Shown: positions 13,084 through 23,450 of the stretch, piece by piece
Layout of the letters: every line of letters starts with the position of its first letter
How positions within the stretch are numbered: the stretch's first letter is position 1
DNA from: Azolla caroliniana
Lineage: Eukaryota; Plantae; Polypodiophyta
NCBI GenBank assembly: GCA_043228905.1
Contig: JBHGNT010000021.1
Location: 8,494,001 to 8,558,000, forward strand
Direction of reading: 5' to 3'
DNA: 64,000 nucleotides
Notes under the pieces: model-generated
What the model was told of the DNA's origin: nothing
Databases searched by the model: none
Seen by the model: the letters and a program-made list of their open reading frames with translations, nothing else
Translations under genes and position numbers: made by a program

Positions 13084-16000
13084 CTCGCCCCCTCCAAACC
13101 CGCACATCCTCCGGTATGTGCCGAAGTTCTTGATTCTTCGTATCCGTCTTCATCCGAAGCTTCCTCCGATTCTCCCCTTATGTCGACTATGAGTTGTAAT
13201 CCACTTTCTTCGCTTCCCGCATCATTGTGGTCTTCGTCCGATTGCTCCTCGTTGTCGGCCTCGACTTGGATCACATAAGGTTTGTCGTCGGTCCGCTTCT
13301 TGAAAATCTTCACCCGCTTCCCGGCTATAGGCACTCATAGTATTGTTCCATCCAACTCGGACAGTCGGTACGTCCCGTTGTCGAAGACCTTCCGAACCTC
13401 GTACGGCCCGAACCACCTTTTCGCGAATTTCCGCATCGTTGTATGTTGATGGTCCAAGCTACTATCATAGACGATCACCCAATCTCCTTCTTCAATCCTC
13501 CTCGGTCGTAGTCGGTGCTTTGTGTCGAACCGGCTTCTGTTCCGGAATCGTGCTTCTTGTTGTCGGCGTGACGCTTCCGCTACATCTTTCGGTCTTCCCT
13601 CCAGTTGTCGTATCCGGACCGCTAGTAGATCTTCCCGGCTCATCTCTTCCTTCCACGGTAGTATTGTCCATGTCGCGATTGCGGTTTCCGTTGGCATTAC
13701 CGGTGCTTGTCCGGTCATGAGTTCTGCCGGCATGTAACCGGTCACGGAGCTATGCGTCGTCCGATCCGCCCATAGTGCATACGGAAGCATTTGTGGCCAA
13801 TCCTTCACCCTTCCGTCGCATGCCTTCGCAAGTGCTTTCACGATCGGACTATGTCCTCGTTCGATCTTCCCGTTGGCCTCCGGATTGTAGGCCGTTGTCA
13901 ACGTTAACCGAACTCCATGTTTGGCGAAGAATCCCCTAGCTTTGTCCGAGTCGAGTTCTCCCCGGTCCGCAATCACTTGTCCTACGCAGCCGTACCTACA
14001 AAACACTTCTTCCAAAAGAAATTGGCACACCGCGGCACACGTTTTCCTCCGAAGCGCTCGACCTTCAACTTGGTTTGTGAGATCTTCTCGAGCTAACACC
14101 AAGTATTTCTTTTGTCCAATCCCGGTCGGCATAGCTACAATGTCGACCATCCACTTGAAGTTGATTGTCGGTGAGAATGTCGGATGCAGCTCATCTCGGT
14201 GTCGGACCCCGGAGTAGACTTGACATTTCTCGCAGCTTTCTGTGAACTCCGCGACATCTTTATACATGTTCTTCCACCAATATCTTTGCTTGATTTTCAC
14301 AAAAGTTGCCCATGTTCCTCGATGTCCAGCCCAATCGGATTCGTGGAACTCGGACATTATCCGGTTTCGTTGCTCTTTCGTCCCGACTACTCGAAGTGGT
14401 ATCCCATCCGGTCTTTTCGGCGCCCTCCATATTAAACCGTTTTCCAAGAAGAACTTTTGGACTTGCCTCTTCTTCCTTCGGATCTCGGCTCTCCTTTCTT
14501 TATCATTGGTTGAATCCTCGACCTCTTGTAGCATCTTCCCGATCATCAAGGTTTCCCCCTCGTATTCTTCTTCCCGGAATTCTCGGATCACGTTCACTCG
14601 GCATATGTGTTCTGACGTGAAGTAGTCTTCGGAAACTTCTTCATTATCTGATTCGGTTATGTCGTCTTCAAACCGCGCCCTCGATAACATGTCCGCTACC
14701 GCGTTGTCCTTCCCCGAGATGTGTCGAACCTCCGGATTAAGTGACTTGACATATGCAATCCACCTTAGCATAGCCACATCCGGTATCGTACAACACCGCA
14801 TCATCCCGAGTATCGGAAGACAATCCGTCTCGATCACCACTTCAGCTCCGATCAAATAATCCCGATCCGATTTTATCGCCGACACGACTCCCCACAATTC
14901 TCTTTTGACTTGTGCATATCCGCGTTGCCTTTCGTTGAGGACCTTTGCTCCAAATCGGATCGGATACCGCGAACCATCCGAGTCGGCTTGATTGATGACC
15001 CACCCGATACCGGTTGGACTTGTATCAACCGTTACTATGATTGGCCGCTCGTAGCTTGGCTTCTTAAGTGATTCCGCCCTCCATAGTGTCTTCTTGAGCT
15101 TCCTCATGGCTTTAGTGTGTTCCGGTTTCCACTCGAATTTCTTACCTTTCCGCAACAAGTGATAGAGCGGGTCCGCTATATGTGCATAGTGCGGAATCCA
15201 TATGTGATAGAATGCACACGCACCCAGAAACCTTCGGACTTCCGATGTTGACTCACATACTTCCTTCATAGCTTGAATCGCATCGATCTTTGTTGGTGAC
15301 GGTCTTCGGCCGTAGGGTCCACATAGATGTCCGACCACCAATATTTCTTCTTGCCCGAATGCCGATTTCTCCCCGGAAAGTGTTAGGTGCACATCTTCTA
15401 GCTTTCGCAACACTTTCTCGCAATCATGAATATGGTCGACCACGAACTTTCGGCATCCCCGATCATCCATAGTCTCATCTTTTTCTTCCACCGCGCATCC
15501 TTTCATCGGAATGTCATCTAGAAACGGCATCGTTATCTCCGGGATGCAATCTCGAAGCACCTTGTTCATCGCGTTCATCATATGTGCAACCGAGTTTGTC
15601 GCTCCTTGTGGTAGTGTGCACATTCGAACTAGTCCTATCGGTGTCCGCATGGTAGTGATGTCTCGGCTCTCCACGGCTAGTTGGAATTGGTCATACCCCG
15701 AGTATAGGTCCCCGATGGAGTATATCGCACGTCCGGCAAAAGCTTCCGCGAATTCGTCCACTATCGGACCGACTCCCGAGTTCCGGATCGTGACCTTGTT
15801 CACCGGTTGCAAGTCTTGGATGAATCGGAGTGACCCATTCTTCTTCGGAACCGTAAACCATCGATTTGAGTACGGAGCACTTGATGGCTCTAGAATCCCC
15901 ATCGCCACCTTCTCCTTGAGCAAGTCGATGACTTTCGGAATATGCGCCCGTGGCACCGGAATCGGCTTCAGGTTCCACGGTACATGATCAATCGTGAAAA

Positions 16001-16676
16001 TCACCATCGGCTCCACTATCTTTGGATCAATGCATCCGATCTCCCTCGATGTGAACGCGAATGCTTTGCCATGTTGCTCCAACATCTCTCGAAACCGTTT
16101 TTCTTCTTCTTGTAAGAGGAACCCACCTCCACCGATCCGAAGTTTCTTCCGGGTCTCATCTGTGAAGGCATGTCCGATATCCACGGACTTCCGAAGTGTC
16201 GGATCTCCCGAGACTTCTTTCTTCTTTTGTTCGCTATCGGCGGGTAGTGGTCCCGCGGCCGGTTTCACCTTCTTCTCCACGGTCTTGTATTTCGTACTTA
16301 CCATTGCTTCTTCTTTGCGGAGCGCATCCGGCCCCATTTTCGCAACGATCTCGTACATCTCGACCGATTCCACCGGGACTACCCGGTTCCCTTGGCTTTT
16401 ATCTTCCGCAAGCTCTTCAAGCCGTTGTAGTGTATTCCCATAGAACACTTCCTTGATCACTCCCACGATTTCTTCGTCTTCTTTTATTATTGATGCCGAC
16501 CGTAACTTATCCTCCACTTGTCGGTATTGTTTCTTCATTCCTTCGGTTACGGCCGTGTACGTAGATGCCCCATCCGGGCCGATTCGTACTTGTTTTGCTC
16601 CGAGAGTTTTCTTCCTGTGTGGGGTATCAGGGCTTCTCGGACTATCACTTCCCCACTTCGCAATAGTCCGCTTTAA
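13071..16676 (-). CDS. G1 pol (RT-RNase H-integrase) in the -1 frame; late premature TGA at 13335-13337
   Basis: 1067-aa ORF with DLYSGYDQ, LPQG, FLDDI, VDTSPTG, TDC, H..GH..C..C, D,D35E core and WFGPY; frame is open upstream to the slippery site. Confidence 0.92.
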
Positions 16677-18733
16677 AAATCCATTCTCACTTGGGACAAG
16701 AGTTCCCTCTTGTTCCTTTCGTGATTTGCCGGCACCGTTAGGAATTGGACGGATTTCCCTCCGTTTTGGCTCCGAATTCGCGCAAAAGCCGCACCACTAT
16801 CGAGCACCTTCGTCTCCATCCGTGAAGCCGTGATAAAGGGTTGGCCGAGGATGACAGAATGTGAAACCTCATCCTGCACAAAGAAATTTTGGTCAATTTC
16901 GACATCCCCGATCTTTACCGTCACATCCGGACAAGCCGCAAATAGGTCTTCTGTCGTTTTCGTGGCTGCCCGAATCTTCCATCCATGGTTGGTGTTTATA
17001 GGCCACTTCCCCTTTCGGTAGAACTCCTTGGACATCAAGTTGATCTCCGATCCGTGATCAATCAATGCTAGCATGGGTTCTTTGATGTTGCCGATTCGGA
17101 CCGGAGTCTCCGTAGTCGCACGTGCCCAGTGTGGCCTTGTATAGTGGGAGTTCGGAATTTCGCCTTCCACTTCGGTGTCGTTCATTGAAACGGTATTTGC
17201 ATTCACCCTTGGAGCATTTTCCTCCGTACTTTGTCTCTTCCTTTTCACAAGATCCATGAGAAGATCGTGAAACTCCTTCTTCGCTATTCCGAGTAGTTCC
17301 CGCAGCGAAAAATCGACCCGGCTATCCAAGATTCTTTCCTCGAACACTCTTTTCAAGTCGGTTTGTTGTTCTATGTCCGAGGCGAGCTTGAATGCCGGAG
17401 TCGCCTTTTCTTTTCCCTTACCTCCGGAGTTCCAGCTTTCCGGTATCTTCGATGGTCCGGCCGCATCCTCCGTGCGCCGTCGTTTCTCGTCCACATACAC
17501 CTCATGTAATTGACACAGGGCGTATATGCTATTCTTGTCGACAGGGCACTCCCATCCCGTAGCTTCCCGGACGCCTTCCACGGTGTTTCGGATATCGTTG
17601 GAGTCGGTTTTCTCGGTGTTTCCTAGCACCTCCGGCCAGAAAGACGCCTTCGCTCCCGTTGACTCCCCGACACATATTCCCGCGGTTGTCGCATAGTTGC
17701 TTCTTGCCGCTAACTCCTCCTCGAGCACCTTCTTCATGCCGCCTTTCCGGAAGTTCGGTCGGAGTGGCTTCCGAGAGTCCATCGAATGAATCCGGTTTCC
17801 CTCGTAGTAGATGAGATCCCATCGTAGCGCCTCCTTATGGTCGTCGCAATCCCTCCGATCGTGTTCGGCGCTATCGCACCATATGCACCGTCGATCCGTA
17901 TATTTGGAGCTTGTGGGGCGGTCATCCGACTTCTTCACCATCGCGATCTTTAGATTCTCCATCTCCTTCAGCAGCTGCTCCACCGTAGACGCGTCGACTC
18001 CCTTCTCGGCCGTAATCTCTCGAGCCCTCGGTTGATGGTCTTCCAGTCCCGTTCTCGGTTTCGGAATCGGTTCCGAAACCCTCTTTTCTTCGTTGGCAAG
18101 CCATTGCCCCCTCTTCGTGTAACGCGCGACGATATCCCGCACGCTTTCCCATGTTTCGGTGAGGCCGCTTTCGGTGGTCGTGTCCTCAAGAAGCACTCCG
18201 AGATCTTTCCGGTCCCGGACGTCCACAGCTCGCAAAAACATGATGACTTTGTCCGGTGCAAGAATAGTTTGATCTCTCGCGGACAACCTCCCGAACCGAC
18301 TTTCGAATGTCGAAAACACTTCGAGGACCTTCAGCCCCTTACCTGACGTTTCCACCCAATCCTCGAATCCCCTCCGCGTTGCCTTGGAGGAGTCCTCGAT
18401 GGCAAATGTGGTCTTTAACGCCTCTTCGAATGCTTCCCACGTCGGATTTTGTTGTTACAACCCGTGGATACTCCCTTGAAGCCCGTCGGTCGCCACCCGG
18501 TTAAAGGATGTCACTTGCAGTCCTTCCGAAGCCCGGCACCGGAGCATCTCCGCCTTGTAGTCCTGCAAATATCGCGACACATCCTTACCATTAAATTGCC
18601 CGTTGCGTTGCACGAGCCGCTCTACTGATGCCGAAATCTCCGACATCGTGCGTTGTTCTTGAAGCATCCGTTCGAACATCGCCATCATATTGTTAGCTTG
18701 TTGAGCCTCCATCTCCTTGCCACCCGCTTTCAC
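16673..18733 (-). pseudogene. G1 gag-protease ORF with one premature TAA at 18455-18457
   Basis: ORFs 18455-18733 and 16673-18355 are in the same frame; CCHC knuckle CIWCDSAEHDRRDC; protease ALIDHGSEIN. Confidence 0.88.
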
Positions 18734-18746
18734 GTCGGGTTCACCA
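18729..18746 (-). promoter_or_regulatory. PBS complementary to tRNA-Trp (TGGTGAACCCGACGTGAA)
   Basis: Complement of the plant tRNA-Trp 3' end as recalled (..TTCACGTCGGGTTCACCA); identical PBS at 50001-50018. Confidence 0.85.
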
Positions 18747-18750
18747 ACTG

Positions 18751-19592
18751 TGTCGTGCCTTTCGACTCCGGATCGTTGCGTGAGTCGGGTGGGAAAAACA
18801 GAGGTCTTGGACTAGGAGAAAGAAGTTCGTGAGATAGAGATTAATTATGAGTAAATAGCAAAGAGAAAGATAAGAAACTCGTGAATCACGCGAGTATACT
18901 ATATTAATTGGTACTTAGGGTGTTAAGAGAGATGTAGACGTATAAATCGTGAATCCCACGAATAATTTTTGTATTGATTAATTCTTAATCCAAATAATCA
19001 ACAACCCTTTACATATTTCTCTCCTCCTTATATAAGGGAGGAAGAGCTAAGCATGGCTTCATGTTTTTTTTTTTTTTTTTTTTTTTACAAAAAGTGTTCA
19101 TGTCCACTAAATGTGCATGTGATGCTTTTTTATTTCCTAAGTATAGGGCTCATGCACGCTAGATGTGCATGAGTTATTTTTAGTGTCTCGTGTTTTTCTT
19201 TTTCATATATTAAAAAAATACACGATTTACCTTTTAATAAAGGTATGCATAAATAAAGGTCTTATACGTATTAAATCTATATTTAAAACACTTAAGATAA
19301 GTTAATGTAATGGTAAGGTTGGGGTTTGTCAACGTGGAGGTGCAGAGTTCAAATCACGCCCTGCGTAGTAGTGAGTATTTCCTTTCTTTTTACATTTATG
19401 TCTCTTTATCCGGCTCTTCCTTGCCGGTATGCCGTTTTCTTCCTTGCCGGTATGCCGTTTTCCTCCTTGCCGGTATGCCGTTTTCTTCCTTGCCGGTATG
19501 CCGTTTTCTTCCGGTTCTCACCGAGCACTCCATTCTCTATCCGGAGGGACAAAAATATAATTTCCACATAGTGTGCAACCTACACTAGGACA
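18751..19592 (-). repeat. G1 5' LTR with four copies of the 22-bp repeat ttccttgccggtatgccgtttt
   Basis: About 11 substitutions by eye and one repeat-unit indel versus the 3' LTR. Confidence 0.95.
19303..19355 (+). promoter_or_regulatory. tRNA-like A-box/B-box module in G1 5' LTR
   Basis: TAATGTAATGG at 19303 and GTTCAAATC at 19347. Confidence 0.55.
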
Positions 19593-21998
19593 GCGTGTAG
19601 CACATTCATTCCATCTATGATTTGAAGGAACTTCAAGGCCAAGATATTTGAAGCTTTCCACACATTCAAGTGGCTCATTGTTGTACATAATGCATGGTTT
19701 ATCTCTTTTTTGGCTCTTCACAAGCATAATCTTTGTTTTAGAGCTATTGACACTTAATTTAGTATGCATGCAAAATTTTTCCAATGCCTTCATAAGCTTT
19801 TGTGCATCTCCTAAAGTATTTGCAAAAAGCACTACGTCATCTGCATATAGCAAAAGCATAATCACAACATTCCCAATGGCAACTTCTTCAACACATTCTT
19901 CCTTTGCAAACTTGGTAACCATTTCTTCCAATTCATCAATGCATAGACCAAATAGTGTTGGTGAGAGTGGGCATCCTTGCTTAACACCAATAGTGATTTT
20001 GAAAAAATCTGAAAGTTTATCTTTCATGCGCACACAACATATAACCTTCTCATAAATTCGGGAAATTGCAAGCATATATTCACTTGGCACCTCAAGTTCT
20101 TCCATTCGCCTCCAAAGATGCTCACGAGGTACCATATCAAAAGCTTTCTTGAAGTCTACAAAGCAACAATATAAACCTTTACCTCTAAGGCGACTTTCCT
20201 CCATTAATACTCGAAGGGTGATAAGGTGATCAATGGTGCTATGGTGTTTCCGAAAGCCAGCTTGCCCATAAGCTCTCTTACCACTTTTTTCAGCCCATAC
20301 ACTTATCTTTGATTCCATTATACATCCAAATAGTTTTGCCATTAATGAGCCAACCATGATGGTTCGATAATTGTTTACATTATTTATATCTCCACCTTTA
20401 TGTAAAGGTTTGATCCAATTTGTAGTCCAATCGTACGGCATACCATGTTGCAATGCATCATTAAACATATCGCTTATCCATATATGTGCTTCCTTTCCCG
20501 TCCATTTGAGCATTTCAGCCTTTATACATTGAAGATCGCTTGCCTTTCGAGAGGCCAATTTCTTAAGTCCTATGCATATATCTTCAATTGTAAAGAAGGA
20601 AGGCATATGTGAAAGAGAACCATAACACATCATCTTTCCGGCAAGAGATAACTCATATAAATTCTTACAATGCATAGATAAGTCGTGAAGAGTTAAGTCA
20701 CCATAACTCTCAACACGTTTTCCCTTTAGATTTTCCCAAAATTTAGCACATGCATGTGCTTTCTCTTGCGTTTGGATAAATTGTTGAGTAACTTCCCATA
20801 TTCTTCTCTTTCTTTGAATAAGCCTTTTATACTCATGCAAATGCTTTTGGTAATTCTCTTTATCCTTAACTACATCCAAAACCATAAGGCACTTTCGAGC
20901 TTCACGACATTCTTTATCAAACCATTTTTTCCTAAGTTTCTTGGTACATTTCCAAGATGTGCGGTTGGTCGAAAAACATTTGTTTGTACATGAGAGAATG
21001 ACTTTCTTGAAAGCTTCCCATTTGCATTCTAGTGTGGCACCATGTTGTATCTTTGTCATTTGTAACATATCCTCAACCATCTTGGAATACATGGGTGCTC
21101 GCTTAAGGTTCATGCTCAAGTGCGGTTGTTTATTATCTTCAATAGCCTTCTCACAATCAAACCTATGCATACATTTGAGATCAATACATAAAGGCCTATG
21201 ATCTGATTCCGGTGTCCATTCACCAAGTGAGAATTTATGTATACGATCCAAAATACCTTCGGAAAGTAGCACATAATCAATCACACTATTTCCGTTGTAT
21301 TTTCTACATGTAAAACCATTAGTGTTGGGCCATAAGGAAATACCATTTGCAATAAGCAATCCGGTACTATTGCACATTTGTAGGAGTAGTTTCCCAAATT
21401 GGTCCGGATCTTTTTCATCGCTAGAAGAGCGGTTATACATTTGCATATCCTCTTGCATCCTTGAGATATGTGGCATGAAAGATTCTTGTGAATCAAGTTG
21501 GAAACTTCTTGTACGAGCATTCATGTCACCAAAGACAATAACTTCCCCTTTGGATTTGAAATAAGCAATATCATCTTCTAGATTGGCAAACGGTTGATCT
21601 TTATCCAAACAAGCATAAAAGTTAGAATCTTGATGAGGAATGTAACATCCAACAACAAAAGTGGGCAAATCATTAGGTGTTTCTATTTTGAGCCATATGT
21701 AGCATTTATTTTCATCATTTTTTATGATTGACACATATTTCTCTATTTCCTTCTTAATCAAACATGCCACCCCTCCTTGTCCTCTTCTTTGTCTTGGATT
21801 TTTCTTCCATATCAAAGAGTGTACATTATAGTTTCCTAAACCTTGAATCCTTTGAGTATCATGCTCCCATGTTTCAACAAGAAGTGTGATATCCGAGTCA
21901 TTGGTGAACTCCTCTATGCCAAATCCCGCATTCCATGGGTATCCATTGCAATTCCAAAAGCATAGTCGTAAAAGGCGTGGGTTAGTCTCATAGATCAC
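19593..21998 (-). CDS. LINE ORF2, 5' part: AP endonuclease plus reverse transcriptase
   Basis: APE motifs WNCNG, VETW, GDMNAR, IDYVL, SDH; RT motifs YRTI, QAGFR, FVDFKKAFD, GVKQGCPLSP, LLYADD, FKYLG. Interrupted by Gypsy at 19592. Confidence 0.92.
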
Positions 21999-22004
21999 GT
22001 GTCC

Positions 22005-22874
22005 CTATTTGCCTACATTTCCATCTTTAGGCACATCCTTAACCTTGTTTTTCAATCTTTCTTCATATGCTTTACGACGAGCATTTTGTTGTGAGATAGT
22101 ACGATCTTCACTCACAAAGCATTGTGTACCTTTGAGGTATACCCAACTATTTTCGAGTATGATCCGCCGCTTTGTATCATCTGTCATTGTGCATACAATA
22201 GGCCTTTCTCCGGAGCGAGTAACACCATGTTTCCCAACTCGGTGTGCCCCATATACATTCACATCTGACATCCCATAATGCATGCTAAAAAATTCACCAA
22301 TGGCCTTTCCAAGGGATGCGGGTGTTTCCATACTCTCTTCTTTAATCCCACGGACGACAATGTTCTTTGATCGTCGTTCGCGCTCTTTCAATTCTCGGAC
22401 ATCTATGCTTTCTATATTCTTCTCTTGATGCATCACATGCATATTAGATGAGTTTGATAACACATCCCCACCACATACATCGGCCCATGACTTCGTTGTA
22501 CATACATTTTTCATCTCACTTACATCCCGCCTCATCGTATCCAATTTTTCTTCTTTTAATGCTTCCTTTAACTCAATCTTGTTAAGGCGCTCATTTGTTT
22601 CAAATGAAGCTCTTTTACATTCTTGAATCTCTTCTTGAAGTTTTGCAACCACTTGTTTAAGACTTTCATTCTCAATGACAACACTTTGGAGCTTAGTATT
22701 CTCTTTCATTAACATCCTAATCTCTTCACCTTGCTTGTTTATGGTTTCTTGAAGAGAAATCAAGTGACTCATAAGCATTTTGTCCATTGCATTAGAATCA
22801 AGATTTGTTGGTGATCTCGGCTCATTATCAATCATACCCCCAAACTTTGCGGCGGTTTTACGAGTATTTGCCAT
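22005..22874 (-). CDS. LINE ORF1 protein, coiled coil plus RRM-like domain (289 aa)
   Basis: Heptad-rich N-terminal half, then RRSKNIVVRGIKE...AHRVGK...RPIVCTM...VSEDRT, a typical LINE ORF1 signature. Confidence 0.85.
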   Translation of the reverse strand: MANTRKTAAKFGGMIDNEPRSPTNLDSNAMDKMLMSHLISLQETINKQGEEIRMLMKENTKLQSVVIENESLKQVVAKLQEEIQECKRASFETNERLNKIELKEALKEEKLDTMRRDVSEMKNVCTTKSWADVCGGDVLSNSSNMHVMHQEKNIESIDVRELKERERRSKNIVVRGIKEESMETPASLGKAIGEFFSMHYGMSDVNVYGAHRVGKHGVTRSGERPIVCTMTDDTKRRIILENSWVYLKGTQCFVSEDRTISQQNARRKAYEERLKNKVKDVPKDGNVGK

Positions 22875-23126
22875 TGTAGGGACAAACCGTACGGGAAAAG
22901 AGAGACAAAGAGGGAAGGAGAGAGAATGTACCTTTCACTCGATTTAGGGCTTCAAAATCTACCTTCCGTTTGAGGAACCGTGGGGCAAAGATGGCTGCGG
23001 ATGAAAATGCTCATAACTTCTCGCCACGGTAACGGAATTCAGTAAATGAACATTCTTTAGAAAGCTCTCTCAAAGAGCTTTCCAACGAACTATAGAACGT
23101 AGAAAACGATGGCCGGAGTGAACTTA

Positions 23127-23420
23127 CAGAGAGAGAGAGAGAGAGAGGAAGAGGTCGTTGCCTTTGTTGTAACCGCCGCTTGTGGCGAAGATAGCAAGCT
23201 CGAGGTTGTTGCCTCGGTGCTTTACTATTGTACATTGTGATATAGTGATAGTTTGTAGTCTGTGGGCTACCATGGTTTTTCCCTAGTTTGGGTTTTTCCA
23301 CGTAAACATCCTGTGTACTCTTCTCTTTACTGTGTCGTGCATCCATTACCCATTTTTCTGTGTTTGATCCTAGACTCGGTTGTGGCCGAGCGTTGTTTTG
23401 GAGAGCGTGTAGTCCTTTCA
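23127..23420 (+). repeat. Copia 5' LTR, right part (GA tract to CTTTCA)
   Basis: Colinear with ~27817-28126; followed by the PBS. Confidence 0.92.
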
Positions 23421-23423
23421 AAG

Positions 23424-23433
23424 TGGTATCAGA
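23424..23433 (+). promoter_or_regulatory. Primer-binding site, tRNA-iMet (TGGTATCAGA)
   Basis: Canonical plant iMet PBS 3 nt after the 5' LTR. Confidence 0.9.
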
Positions 23434-23450
23434 TCGAAACGACACAAAAA

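Larger units (their letters stand above)
12266..19592 (-). mobile_element. Full-length non-chromoviral Ty3/gypsy element G1 (Phygy/Ylt1-like)
   Basis: LTRs 12266-13083 and 18751-19592; 4-bp TSD GCGT at 12262-12265 and 19593-19596; Trp PBS; PPT 13084-13095; gag-PR then RT-RH-IN; no chromodomain. Lineage name is inference. Confidence 0.95.
11216..23126 (-). mobile_element. Full-length non-LTR retrotransposon (RTEX-like; ORF1 + APE-RT ORF2) with (CTAT)n tail, inserted in (GA)n
   Basis: ORF1, ORF2, short 3'UTR and (CTAT)n tail at ~11214-11237; GA tract preceded by TA[C/T]A on both flanks (probable TSD); C-terminal motif RLSSH.L..ETGRW...C..C....E.E.H....C is typical of RTEX. About 4.6 kb without the nested Gypsy. 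Confidence 0.88.

Noticed and set aside
18449-18457. TAA CAA CAA in G1 gag as a TMV-type readthrough signal
   Set aside because: Does not fit CARYYA, and G4 has a sense codon at the equivalent position; simplest as a CAA>TAA mutation.
13343-18504. Many plus-strand ORFs antisense to G1 (likewise for E and G4)
   Set aside because: Shadow ORFs of GC-rich coding sequence with no motifs.
19518-19592. C-terminal CPSVGCTLC tail of the 826-aa ORF as a zinc finger
   Set aside because: It is read-through into the inserted Gypsy LTR.
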